Virus record (IMG/VR): IMGVR_UViG_3300049725_000006
Span: 1 to 30,556 of that record
Length of the DNA: 30,556 nt
Direction: 5' to 3' (one strand)
DNA from: a virus
Taxonomy: Duplodnaviria > Caudoviricetes
Shown here piece by piece: positions 8,759-17,742 of the stretch; position 1 is the stretch's first letter; each line of letters opens with the position of its first letter. Below the pieces are notes generated by a model, which did no database searches, had not been told where the DNA came from, and saw only the letters and a program-made list of their open reading frames with translations. A program made the position numbers and the translations under genes.

Positions 8759-9591
8759 TAGATTAGTTGTCTCCGGATATACCTTTGGAGTTTCTTCATT
8801 ACATCGGGGTCAATGCCTTTAGTCACCGGCACTATTCCAAGTTCGTTACTGCCTACTACCGCTTGCACCGGTGACTCTTTGCGCTTCCAGTCTCTGTTAG
8901 CTTGTAATATTGTAGCCTCAACTATAGGGCCGGGGTAAGAATAGATATAAATCTCAGCAGTCGTATGGATAGCCGCGGTTGTGCCATGTTGCCCTCTGAC
9001 TACTGTTGCGGTCATATCGCCGTTGTTAGATACTGACTGGACATACATTTGCTCGGAACCTATTCTAAGCGTATGTCCGGCTTGAATCGTGTCCTCAGAT
9101 GACAGCGTAAGACTTGTACCGCTTGTAGTGGCCACCGTTCCCGTGATACCGCTGTCATAGTAAGGCGTAGCACCCTTGCCGTCCCCATAACCGAACACGC
9201 CCGTTATCTGCACACCCGCGCGAATGCCGGAAGCCCAGTAGCCCAGTCCTGAGTTCAATGTAAACTTTAGTTCAGTTTTAGGGTATCGCTGCGGGCCGGA
9301 TAAAGGATAGAGTAAGACGGTATTCAGTGGCACGGAGATTGCATAGTTACCGGAACCGTCCATATCAAGGTTAATTGCGGAAATACTGAGAATATCGATA
9401 TTGGGAATGAGCGTTGTACCGGCGCCGTCAAATATCTCCGTATCTTCATGGGTATTGAAATAGCGCATACAAATATCGTCTATCTCTTGGGAGGCGTCCT
9501 CAAGAATCCGTAACAAATCGGTATCATTTCCTGTGACAGAATTAGTCATGAAACTCTTTAATTGAGTTAAGGTAGCATAAGACTTGTTCAT
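8758..9591 (-). CDS. Head-tail connector/adaptor with inserted beta domain
   Basis: SYATLTQLKSFM...ILEDASQEIDDIC.R.F; GVFGYG; YPGPIVEAT. GGAG SD supports the start at 9591 rather than 9726. Confidence 0.8.
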   Translation of the reverse strand: MNKSYATLTQLKSFMTNSVTGNDTDLLRILEDASQEIDDICMRYFNTHEDTEIFDGAGTTLIPNIDILSISAINLDMDGSGNYAISVPLNTVLLYPLSGPQRYPKTELKFTLNSGLGYWASGIRAGVQITGVFGYGDGKGATPYYDSGITGTVATTSGTSLTLSSEDTIQAGHTLRIGSEQMYVQSVSNNGDMTATVVRGQHGTTAAIHTTAEIYIYSYPGPIVEATILQANRDWKRKESPVQAVVGSNELGIVPVTKGIDPDVMKKLQRYIRRQLI

Positions 9592-9599
9592 AAACTCTC

Positions 9600-9797
9600 C
9601 TATGACTGTGGAGTATCTGGAACCCTGGGTATATAACGCTGGGGAATTGGACTCTCCGTCCATCCGCAGAACGGGTCGTGGAGCCCTCGCTCTGTATCCT
9701 GTAGTGGATAGCCGCATATAGGGCACACAACCCTTCTGATGGGTTGGGCGTATTTGACCATTAATTCTAGGGCTAAAAGATTATCGCCTGCTGGCAT
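9600..9797 (-). CDS. Small zinc-ribbon-like protein
   Basis: CPICGYPL...HDPFCGW; tightly packed in the operon. Confidence 0.55.
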   Translation of the reverse strand: MPAGDNLLALELMVKYAQPIRRVVCPICGYPLQDTERGLHDPFCGWTESPIPQRYIPRVPDTPQS

Positions 9798-9799
9798 AG

Positions 9800-9928
9800 T
9801 TACACCTTCTTAGGTATTTTATAGTTAGGGAAGCACTTGTGAACGTCCATAGGGCAGTCAAAGCCCTTGCAGACATCACCCCTGTCAGATTGAACACAGA
9901 TTGCAGTTGGGAATGGTTTACTTTTCAT
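9800..9928 (-). CDS. Small Cys-rich hypothetical protein (42 aa, not in ORF track)
   Basis: AAGGAGAG SD; MKSKPFPTAICVQSDRGDVCKGFDCPMDVHKCFPNYKIPKKV. Confidence 0.5.
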   Translation of the reverse strand: MKSKPFPTAICVQSDRGDVCKGFDCPMDVHKCFPNYKIPKKV

Positions 9929-9986
9929 ATTCTCTCCTTATTCTCACCTCACATAGTCCCTTATCGAGGTTAGTTACCAAAGACGG

Positions 9987-10430
9987 TTACGTTTGTACTG
10001 TCCAAGTTCCAGCAGTTCCAAACGATGCCCAATCGCCATTTCCTAGACTGATTAACTCAACACATGAACCAACAACAAGACTTGTAATATATTTATTTGT
10101 CGCTTGTCTTGAGCCATTGATATAAATACCACCTGCTGTTAATGGATTCACTTGTAATTCCACTGCTGCTAATACAATAAACTTATAAGAGGTTCCAGCA
10201 TGAGCGGTTTAAGGTAAAGCGTTAATAACCGCTTGAATAGTAACTTGGTCGTTAGTTCCCGTACACACTACATCCGCTTGGCTCTTATCCAATGCACTAG
10301 AGTTACTTGCCGCAATGACATAGCTGGCTGTTCGCCCTGTGGGGGCAGGTATCGCCGTGCCGTCAAACAGGTGATGTGCAACACTCTCATATTCTGCTAA
10401 ACTACCGGGGTTGTCTGCATGATAAACCAT
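9987..10430 (-). pseudogene. Fibre/spike-like gene interrupted by one in-frame TAA
   Basis: 73 aa ending ADVVCTGTNDQVTIQAVINALP, TAA at 10211-10209, then 73 more in-frame codons (TAHAGTSYKFIVLAAVELQVNP...GTWTVQT). Confidence 0.6.
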
Positions 10431-10440
10431 ATTCTAACCC

Positions 10441-10761
10441 CTACGGTGATTCTTGAACGATTATTATATTCCCTGCTGTGGGGAAGGATTGCTTGGCACT
10501 GCCTGTCGTCGCTTCCCATTCCTGCTTGTACTGGCCTAGAATCTTAAAGTCTGTCCTCTGTACGTTGTATTGGACTGTGCCCGCGGTGTTAGATATTACA
10601 GTAGCAGTCCCATTGACCAGTAGTTTACCCGGCTGGGCTGTATTCCAGATATGAAAAGCTACGGCATAGTCCGTTAGATCAAAGGGTGTGCCATCGCTAT
10701 TCTCTAGTGTGTCAGTGATGTAATATCCATAATCATTTTGAGAGACGGTTATTGTATTCAT
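10441..10761 (-). CDS. BppU-N-like Ig-fold structural protein
   Basis: ITVSQNDYG...DGTPFDLTDY...GTVQY...DF...GQY..EW...SFPT pattern. Confidence 0.65.
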   Translation of the reverse strand: MNTITVSQNDYGYYITDTLENSDGTPFDLTDYAVAFHIWNTAQPGKLLVNGTATVISNTAGTVQYNVQRTDFKILGQYKQEWEATTGSAKQSFPTAGNIIIVQESP

Positions 10762-12158
10762 TATTCTCCCCTGCTACCGCCGATGTCTAAATCGCCTGCC
10801 CATGTTAAGGGGAAGGTCAATGGGAAATGTAAACTTATATTTGCTGATGCTGTTTTACTACCACTAAAGGCATGAGATTGAATTGTGCTACCACCAATGT
10901 CGAATCCCCCAAAGAATCCCAGAGGGAAGACTAAGGGAAGATTGAGACCGCCGTTTGCAGAACTTGTCCGGCTGCCACTCAATCCCGTTGTGAATGCCTT
11001 GCTACCAGTGAAATTGATGAGCAGATTCTTTGTATATGTCCTTGAACCACCAAATGCTATCGAGATGAAGATTAGTAGTTTCAGTAGGGTGTCATCTTGC
11101 ACCTTGACACTTTCATTAATGGCTAGAACTTTCTTTAGTAGAACTGTTAGATTGTCCTGTTGCTTTACACCTTCAGCGATTGAGAGATAATAGGTATTGA
11201 TTGTACTCGCGTAAGCAACAAGGTCACTAAGTTTAATTCCCTCAATGAGACTGACTAGCATCTTGAATTGAGTTAGCAGGCTGTCATTAAGTTTTACGCC
11301 CTCTGCAATACTGAGAGACGCTTTAAGCAGGTTAGATAGAGTATCACCAAGTTTTACCCCTTCGGTAATGGATGGTTTGATGGTATATTTATTAGAGATG
11401 CCATCCTGTAGCTTTATGCCTTCGGTTAGTGACGGCTTGGTAGTGTACTTGTTAGAAATACTATCCTGTAATTTCACGCCCTCAGTTAGCAAGGGTTTAG
11501 TGGTGTACTTATTGGATAGTGCGTCTTGACCCTTAATCCCTTCGGCAATAGCGGGTTTGGTTGTATATTTGTTTGTGACCGCATCTTGACCTTTCACGCC
11601 CTCTGAGATAGTTGGTTTGGTAGTGTACTTGTTGGTGATGGTGTCTTGTGACTTGATACCCTCGCCCAGAATTGGTAATGTTTTATATTGGTTAGTTACC
11701 GAGTCTTGATACTTAATACCTTCATTAGCGGAGACATTATAGGTATTGACATTAGCAGCCGCATTGGTAGTGAAGTTTAAGTCCCCACCATAGACCGTTA
11801 ACGTCATTGTAGAGACATCACCGAGCTTAAAGCCCTCAGCTATAAGGCTATTGGCTGACTGCGTTGTAAAGTTGGCATCAGCACCGTTAGTTCTACCCTG
11901 ATTACTGACTGCAAACGCTTGAAAATGATACACTGTTCCGGGGGAAAGGATTGTTGCTGTGCTTACCCACGATTGTGCTGAGTTCTTAGCATAGTTGACG
12001 GTAGTATTGATATTTGTGCCATAGTTGATATTAATCCCTATTTGAAAACCAACTTGAGTCACAAACCCGTTGCCCGTACTGTTGGAATACCCTGCGATAT
12101 TGGCAATAGTGACATGAATAGCGGAGGCGGCATTGGTTTTAACAAAAGGAGCAGCCAT
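10761..12158 (-). CDS. Virion structural protein: FN3-like N-terminus plus 20-aa EGxKxxD repeats
   Basis: LSPGTVYHFQAFAVSNQG (FN3-like); tandem 20-residue repeats; C-terminal LPLVFPL and FPLTFPL motifs. Confidence 0.65.
   Translation of the reverse strand: MAAPFVKTNAASAIHVTIANIAGYSNSTGNGFVTQVGFQIGININYGTNINTTVNYAKNSAQSWVSTATILSPGTVYHFQAFAVSNQGRTNGADANFTTQSANSLIAEGFKLGDVSTMTLTVYGGDLNFTTNAAANVNTYNVSANEGIKYQDSVTNQYKTLPILGEGIKSQDTITNKYTTKPTISEGVKGQDAVTNKYTTKPAIAEGIKGQDALSNKYTTKPLLTEGVKLQDSISNKYTTKPSLTEGIKLQDGISNKYTIKPSITEGVKLGDTLSNLLKASLSIAEGVKLNDSLLTQFKMLVSLIEGIKLSDLVAYASTINTYYLSIAEGVKQQDNLTVLLKKVLAINESVKVQDDTLLKLLIFISIAFGGSRTYTKNLLINFTGSKAFTTGLSGSRTSSANGGLNLPLVFPLGFFGGFDIGGSTIQSHAFSGSKTASANISLHFPLTFPLTWAGDLDIGGSRGE
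11095..11725 (-). repeat. Coding tandem repeat, ~60 nt unit, about 10 copies
   Basis: EG(I/V)KxQD..(T/S)NKYTTKP.(I/L) units, e.g. EGVKGQDAVTNKYTTKPAIA. Confidence 0.85.
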
Positions 12159-12872
12159 TTAACTTACACCCTTTGCCCTAAAGTGGTATGTATTGGCAGG
12201 CACGAGGCTCGATACATTAGCCGAGAATGTTCCATTAGCATTTAACGGTGATTCTATAGCTGTGATCGTTGATCCGTACGCATTGGTTAATCCATAATCG
12301 AACGTTAAGACAACGGATGTCGCATCGGCTATGTCTAAAAGATTTCCGTTGAGTTGAACAGTGTTAGCTGTGATTAGGGTTGCGGCATTAGAGGTAATCG
12401 TCACAGTACGAGTATAACTTGATGTATAAGTGCAATAAATACAGGCATTTCGAGCATCCATATAGGTGGGTGCTGTGGGGTTGGTAGGTGCAGCATAGTT
12501 ATTCCCCGTTTGATAATAAAAAGCGCCAGTCGAATAATCACTTATATCTATAATATTATAACCTGGTGCAATTATATACAGTATATAATTTGTGTTTGGC
12601 GAGAGTACAGGGTTTACTGCGAACGTTACACTCGTCCAAGCACTGCCCCCAATTGCACCCTCATTTGAAATACCATTTGCAACGATAACTCCAGTTGATG
12701 CCAGCGCAATTATACCTTTGAATGTTGTAGCGACATCAAGTTCACAATACACAGTTAGTTGCGTAACTACACCCATATCCGCTGGGGACATATATTGTCC
12801 CCCAGAAACAGTATTTCCGGGTGGGTTATAACCAATAGCTGTTGGTACGGCATTATTACCAAAAATTGCCAT
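12159..12872 (-). CDS. Virion structural protein, beta-sandwich plus FN3-like domain
   Basis: AWTSVTFAVNPVLSPNTNYIL; FDYGLTNAYG...LVPANTYHFRAKG. Confidence 0.65.
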   Translation of the reverse strand: MAIFGNNAVPTAIGYNPPGNTVSGGQYMSPADMGVVTQLTVYCELDVATTFKGIIALASTGVIVANGISNEGAIGGSAWTSVTFAVNPVLSPNTNYILYIIAPGYNIIDISDYSTGAFYYQTGNNYAAPTNPTAPTYMDARNACIYCTYTSSYTRTVTITSNAATLITANTVQLNGNLLDIADATSVVLTFDYGLTNAYGSTITAIESPLNANGTFSANVSSLVPANTYHFRAKGVS

Positions 12873-12901
12873 TTATTCTCCTTATACCTGAGTTAACGGT
12901 A

Positions 12902-13039
12902 TTAACACTTGCTATCCAGTACACACCAGAATCCATTATCTGTAAAATATGTACTCTGCCCAATTAGTATAGTCTCGCCATTGGGCAAAGCTACGTTAAA
13001 ATTATGCGGATTTGTCTGGATAACATTAGGTGCTGGCAT
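12902..13039 (-). CDS. Small hypothetical protein (45 aa, not in ORF track)
   Basis: AGGAG SD; MPAPNVIQTNPHNFNVALPNGETILIGQSTYFTDNGFWCVLDSKC; may be a remnant. Confidence 0.4.
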   Translation of the reverse strand: MPAPNVIQTNPHNFNVALPNGETILIGQSTYFTDNGFWCVLDSKC

Positions 13040-13047
13040 TGATGCTC

Positions 13048-13593
13048 CTAACTGTTAGATATTGCCGTTGCGGTGTAGGTGAGTAAAACAATATCAGTTG
13101 ATACCGTAGCACGGTTAGCGGCAAAGCGAGCATAGGAGTACAATACAGCTCCACTGGTAGCCTTATCATTTACTACGTTGCAGTTCGTAGTATTACCCAT
13201 GACTAACGCCGCTCCGTATAATGTGTCAGTACCGTTCATTGTGAAGTTAGCAGGTGCCGCTGAATTATTTGTAGCTTGCCCAGAGGATACAACAAAAGTA
13301 GCTGCTGGCCTAACGCCACCAGAGATATTGACCGTTTCCGTGAATACCGGCGTGGCATAGGTCATGTTGGCATTCTCAGCAGTATTCGATGATACCAGCA
13401 TAAGATACTGAGCTTGCTTTTTAGCGTTGGTGAAGAATACTAGATTGTTAATCCAGTCCAAGCCCTCATTTGTGATTTTGTTATGACAAGTGTCTTCCCA
13501 TGCCAGAAACCTTGTATTATCCGCCGCAGTTCTCCAGCATTGGACTTTGTAATACCCTGCCAATCTTGCATCGTTTTCGCCTAATATTTCCAT
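13048..13593 (-). CDS. Virion structural protein (beta-rich)
   Basis: WEDTCHNKITNEGLD...LYSYARF...LLTYT resembles phage structural proteins; GGAGG SD. Confidence 0.6.
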   Translation of the reverse strand: MEILGENDARLAGYYKVQCWRTAADNTRFLAWEDTCHNKITNEGLDWINNLVFFTNAKKQAQYLMLVSSNTAENANMTYATPVFTETVNISGGVRPAATFVVSSGQATNNSAAPANFTMNGTDTLYGAALVMGNTTNCNVVNDKATSGAVLYSYARFAANRATVSTDIVLLTYTATAISNS

Positions 13594-13603
13594 TAGTATC
13601 CTC

Positions 13604-14590
13604 CTAAGTATTGACTAAGATTTTAGCGCCTTCCATATCAAAGTGAAATCGTACAGGCTTGAGTCCCATTTTCTTCATAGCCTGTGAGAGTTTAGGTTTA
13701 TCCCCGTTTAAGCAGTAGAAGACGAAGAATCCACCACCACCGGCACCCATTAACTTCCCGCCGCGCGCGCCATGCTTTAGTGCCTCTTCGTAACATTCAT
13801 CCATAAAGCCGTTAGACATCTGAGTAGAACGCTGTTTCTTTAATTCCCAGTGGGTGTTAAATAAGTCACCCAGCATATCAATGCGGCCTTCTTCCAGGTA
13901 CTTACGAGTGCAGTATCCTATCTTCTTGACCGCATGAAGATTCTCGATCATCGCCTTATCGTCTGACTGGCTTTTAACATCCTGTTCTTTCAAGAGGTCG
14001 TTAGCGCTGTGCTCAATCCCTGTATAGTAGAACTGGAGATTCGATTCTAACTGCTCAATCGTTTCTTCAGATACCTTCAACGGTTCTACAATGACATTCC
14101 CGTCTTTCTCGAATGTCAGACAGGTCAATCCCCCGAAGGCCGCGATATACTGATCCTGCTTGCCAATAGGGGCTTTAAGCACATCGATTTCAATATGACA
14201 GGCTTCCTCTGCTAACTGCTTATGACTGACAAACTCATGCTTATAGGCGTGTAGTGCGTTGAGACAAGCTACCGTAAAGCTAGAACTAGAACCTAAGCCG
14301 GACCCGCTAGGTACATCAGACTGAGAGTGAAGTTCAATGCCCTTGTCAATTCCCATGAAGCGCAGGCATTCCCTGAAGATACCGTGTTTTACATCATCGA
14401 GATTGTCTTTAATCTCGGTCTCTGAATACGATAATCTCAGATAGTCCTTGAATCCCTTAGTTGCCAGGATAGAACAATAGCGGTTAATGCCAGCGGTTAT
14501 CATAAACCCGCCATACTTAGAGTAATACGATTTAAGGTCTGTGCCACCACCGCCTAGACTAATTCGAACCGGCGCTCTTGAAAGTATCAT
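13604..14590 (-). CDS. hddA: GHMP sugar kinase, D-glycero-alpha-D-manno-heptose-7-phosphate kinase-like
   Basis: SRAPVRISLGGGGTD, PSGSGLGSSS, GKQDQY, GGKLMGAGGGGF. Confidence 0.88.
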   Translation of the reverse strand: MILSRAPVRISLGGGGTDLKSYYSKYGGFMITAGINRYCSILATKGFKDYLRLSYSETEIKDNLDDVKHGIFRECLRFMGIDKGIELHSQSDVPSGSGLGSSSSFTVACLNALHAYKHEFVSHKQLAEEACHIEIDVLKAPIGKQDQYIAAFGGLTCLTFEKDGNVIVEPLKVSEETIEQLESNLQFYYTGIEHSANDLLKEQDVKSQSDDKAMIENLHAVKKIGYCTRKYLEEGRIDMLGDLFNTHWELKKQRSTQMSNGFMDECYEEALKHGARGGKLMGAGGGGFFVFYCLNGDKPKLSQAMKKMGLKPVRFHFDMEGAKILVNT

Positions 14591-15963
14591 AAGGCTAATC
14601 TATACCCCGCGCTTTGTTTGATTCTGGTCTCAAGATATGATTTTGTGTTGATGCTCTCATTGGCATAGTCCCTGATTTCCTCAAGTCTCTGTGGTGAAAC
14701 GGTTGTATTCTTCATAACAGGCCGTTTCCAGTTCATAATGTCTGTGTCGAAGTCCTTGTCTAAATACCCGCCCTGTATTGCTATGTCGCATAGTTTAGAG
14801 CCTGCAAACGGGATAGGAATGAAGAAAGTCACATAAGGCGCCCCGGCATTCATTAACTTCTTTGACAGTTCGATACTCTCTTGAATCTCGGCCTCTGTTT
14901 CATCCGGGAAGCCTATCATCATGTTAACGGGCGCTTTAATGTCCATGTTAGTCAAGGCTTTCATTAAGGCAATTAAGTCAAGGCCATGAATCTTGTTAGA
15001 GCAATACTTCTTCTGAATTCTAGGTGATGCGGATTCAACGGGGAATACCATCTGACTGAATCCGGCCTCTTTAAGTATCTCAATGAATTCCGTATCAACC
15101 TTGTCATGCTCAAATAGGTTAATCAGGTTGACGCCGTTGACATCTGAGATTGACACACCCTTAATTTGCTTGAACAGTACCTTGATTCGATTCTTAAAGG
15201 CCAACAGACTATCATCTTCAAAGAACAGTTTATCAATGCCAAGTGACTTCAAAATGTCTATCTCACGCAGCACACGGTCTATTGAATGGCATCGTATCCC
15301 ATGCTTCTCTGTTGAGTTATGGCAGTATGCGCAGGAAAATAGACAGCCCCTTGATGTCATAATTGGAGCATACCGCTGATTGCCGCCTGTAACATCTACC
15401 CCATGCGGTGACGCTAATTGTTCGTACTTCGATAAGGGCAACTTCCACCATGCCGGTATTGGAATGTCATCTAGTGTCTGGTAGACTATTTCAGGGAGAT
15501 TAGGATTAACCATTCTAGGGAAAGCGCTCTCGCCCTCGCCCACACATACCCCGTCAAAATAGCCTGTCTTGAGGAATCTGTCTTTTAAGGCGCTGGCATT
15601 GATACCACCCACATAAACCTTGACCTGAGGATTGACTTGCTTGATTGCTTTAGCCGTCTCAAACGCCATTCTAGTCTGACAGGTGAAATTTGAGTTGATA
15701 CCCACGAAGTCATAACCGCAGGCCATGTCAGCAATCTCATTGAAGTCCATGCCTATTCTAACTAGTCCATTCTCTTGCCTGATGCGTCTGTGAAAGTAAT
15801 CAGTGGTATCGCCTGTGGTACCAACTGAGGCGTCCAGTATATCCGTTTCGATACCGGCGTTCTCAAGTGCTGAGGCGAGGTATAAGAGTCCGAGTGAACC
15901 ATCAGGCCGTGGAGTCTCAATATCCATTAGCTGATTAGGGGGATATATTAATAATCCCCTCAT
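14587..15963 (-). CDS. B12-binding radical SAM protein (class B methyltransferase-like)
   Basis: N-terminal LGLLYLASAL...VYVGGINAS...VGEGE cobalamin-binding domain; TSRGCLFSCAYC (CxxxCxxC); MMIGFPDET. Confidence 0.9.
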   Translation of the reverse strand: MRGLLIYPPNQLMDIETPRPDGSLGLLYLASALENAGIETDILDASVGTTGDTTDYFHRRIRQENGLVRIGMDFNEIADMACGYDFVGINSNFTCQTRMAFETAKAIKQVNPQVKVYVGGINASALKDRFLKTGYFDGVCVGEGESAFPRMVNPNLPEIVYQTLDDIPIPAWWKLPLSKYEQLASPHGVDVTGGNQRYAPIMTSRGCLFSCAYCHNSTEKHGIRCHSIDRVLREIDILKSLGIDKLFFEDDSLLAFKNRIKVLFKQIKGVSISDVNGVNLINLFEHDKVDTEFIEILKEAGFSQMVFPVESASPRIQKKYCSNKIHGLDLIALMKALTNMDIKAPVNMMIGFPDETEAEIQESIELSKKLMNAGAPYVTFFIPIPFAGSKLCDIAIQGGYLDKDFDTDIMNWKRPVMKNTTVSPQRLEEIRDYANESINTKSYLETRIKQSAGYRLAL

Positions 15964-16184
15964 GGGGAATCTGCCTTAATTAAAGGGATGACATCATTTT
16001 CAACCTTATGGCCGGCATCGATATGCCTTTGAATATGATTAATGATTGCCTCAACGCCATAAAATAGTTCGTCTTTAGCAGTAAAAGGGCAACTACTGCA
16101 ATCAAATCCGGGGTTTTTGGGGTCATCATCATTGAAGCAATAAATATAAAGGTCGCTAGTAGAGGATTGCCTACAATAACTCAT
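15960..16184 (-). CDS. Small hypothetical protein with Cys/His motif
   Basis: MSYCR...DLYIY...CSSC...HIQRHIDAGH; ATGA overlaps on both sides. Confidence 0.6.
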   Translation of the reverse strand: MSYCRQSSTSDLYIYCFNDDDPKNPGFDCSSCPFTAKDELFYGVEAIINHIQRHIDAGHKVENDVIPLIKADSP

Positions 16185-17047
16185 AGAAGCCTCTGTACCG
16201 CAATTCTAGCGGCCTCTGCACTGGTATGCTTGGGTTTCCACCCTAGTTGATTTATCTTGTCTGTGTTAAGGGCTACATCGTGAACATCCCATATACCGGG
16301 AGCCGTGTGGGTTATCTTAACATTGGATAACCCCATTTCTTCTATGACGATCTGGGCTACATCATTGATAGTGGTTAAATCAGTACACCCCAGATTATAA
16401 GTTGACGGCGGGTAGTTTAATGCCGTAATCATCCCGTCAATACAGTCCTCGACTAAGAAGAACGGCCTAACCTGTGTACCATCGCCAATGATTTCAAGTT
16501 CGTGCGGATTGGCTTTTAGCTTGTTGATGAAGTCATACAGAACACCATGCCCCATGTGACCACCCACAACATTACCGAATCTAAATATCCATGCTTGAAT
16601 ACCAAAGAGATTGGCATAGGCCGAGATAAGTGCTTCTCCTGCTATTTTCGAAGCACCATAAAGAGATGTTGCGGAAGGTGCCATTGTTTCAACCCAGGGT
16701 GCAGGTTGCCCGCCGTAATATGTGGCACTGGAAGAAAAGACTAACTTCTTGATGCCGTTGAGTCTCATGGCCTCGAGTACGTTGTAAGTGCCGATAGTGT
16801 TGTTCTTGAGGTCGGTATCCGTCTGCGTCATGCCGGCGGCGATGTTACCGGAAGCCGCTAAGTGCCATACTATATCACAACCACCCATGAGGGCTTTAAG
16901 AATATTCAAATCTTTAATATCCCCACGCCATGTTGTATAATTTTCTATACAATTCGGTTCGGAGAAGTTGTCATAACCAAAGCCATTGATTTTGTTTAAT
17001 AGGTGATTACCAATGAAGCCAGCACTCCCGGTAATAAAGTTAATCAT
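16181..17047 (-). CDS. NAD-dependent nucleotide-sugar epimerase/dehydratase (extended SDR)
   Basis: TGSAGFIG, VWHLAA, FSSSA, YGASK, RFGNVVG, GDGTQVR. Confidence 0.92.
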   Translation of the reverse strand: MINFITGSAGFIGNHLLNKINGFGYDNFSEPNCIENYTTWRGDIKDLNILKALMGGCDIVWHLAASGNIAAGMTQTDTDLKNNTIGTYNVLEAMRLNGIKKLVFSSSATYYGGQPAPWVETMAPSATSLYGASKIAGEALISAYANLFGIQAWIFRFGNVVGGHMGHGVLYDFINKLKANPHELEIIGDGTQVRPFFLVEDCIDGMITALNYPPSTYNLGCTDLTTINDVAQIVIEEMGLSNVKITHTAPGIWDVHDVALNTDKINQLGWKPKHTSAEAARIAVQRLL

Positions 17048-17742
17048 CCTTTTTTCAGCTCCTCTATGTTGCCTATCATTCCCCCCACTAATGCGTAATT
17101 ACCATCTTTACAGCCCGGGCATTCCAGTACATCAATCTTGTACATCCTGTTGCATTTAAGACATCTCTTCAGCGGTTGATAATCCTTGAGAATGAGACAT
17201 ATCAAGTGAGCAACCATTAAGTGCCATGATTCCGTTAGAGGCGTTGAGTTACCCACGATGATAGGCACATCAACCTTACTTTTAAGCAGACCACCATCAT
17301 AGCCAAGTAACCCGATGCTTTTACCGTATCTTACCCTTGCGCGTCTTACTGCATTGATAAGATTCTGTGACCATGCACCCGCCTTGTCCTTGCCGGCCCC
17401 GCCATGCACACTCAGTACAATCAAGACATCCTTCTGCTCAAACAGATTCTTGAGCTGTTCCTCGTAGATGTTGTCAAAGCCGTTGTCATTGGTGAGCGCG
17501 GTTATAATTGCTGGGTTATCATTGAGACAGATTGTCTTGACTCCCAGCTTGAGCAGGTCGTTAGCGAAATGTGATGCGGTAGAGGCAGAACCTCCGTTCC
17601 CACAGATGAAGACGGTTTTATCCTTCATCCACGCTTCATAGATAATTACACAGGCTTTGTTGATGTCCTTGTGATCGATTGAATCAGCTATTTTTTTAAT
17701 GTTCTCAAGATATTCGTCAATTAAATACGAATCTTCCCACAT
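17044..17742 (-). CDS. gmhA: SIS-domain phosphoheptose isomerase-like protein with C-terminal Zn ribbon
   Basis: CGNGGSASTASHFANDL, ITALTNDNGFD, ESWHLMVAH; extra CLKC...CPGC tail. Confidence 0.85.
   Translation of the reverse strand: MWEDSYLIDEYLENIKKIADSIDHKDINKACVIIYEAWMKDKTVFICGNGGSASTASHFANDLLKLGVKTICLNDNPAIITALTNDNGFDNIYEEQLKNLFEQKDVLIVLSVHGGAGKDKAGAWSQNLINAVRRARVRYGKSIGLLGYDGGLLKSKVDVPIIVGNSTPLTESWHLMVAHLICLILKDYQPLKRCLKCNRMYKIDVLECPGCKDGNYALVGGMIGNIEELKKG

Noticed and set aside
10209-10211. Genome-wide stop codon reassignment
   Set aside because: TAA, TAG and TGA all terminate other genes normally, and only one interrupted ORF was seen.
11095-11725. Possible CRISPR array or DGR repeat
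   Set aside because: Degenerate in-frame 60 nt coding repeats, with no spacers, cas genes or reverse transcriptase.
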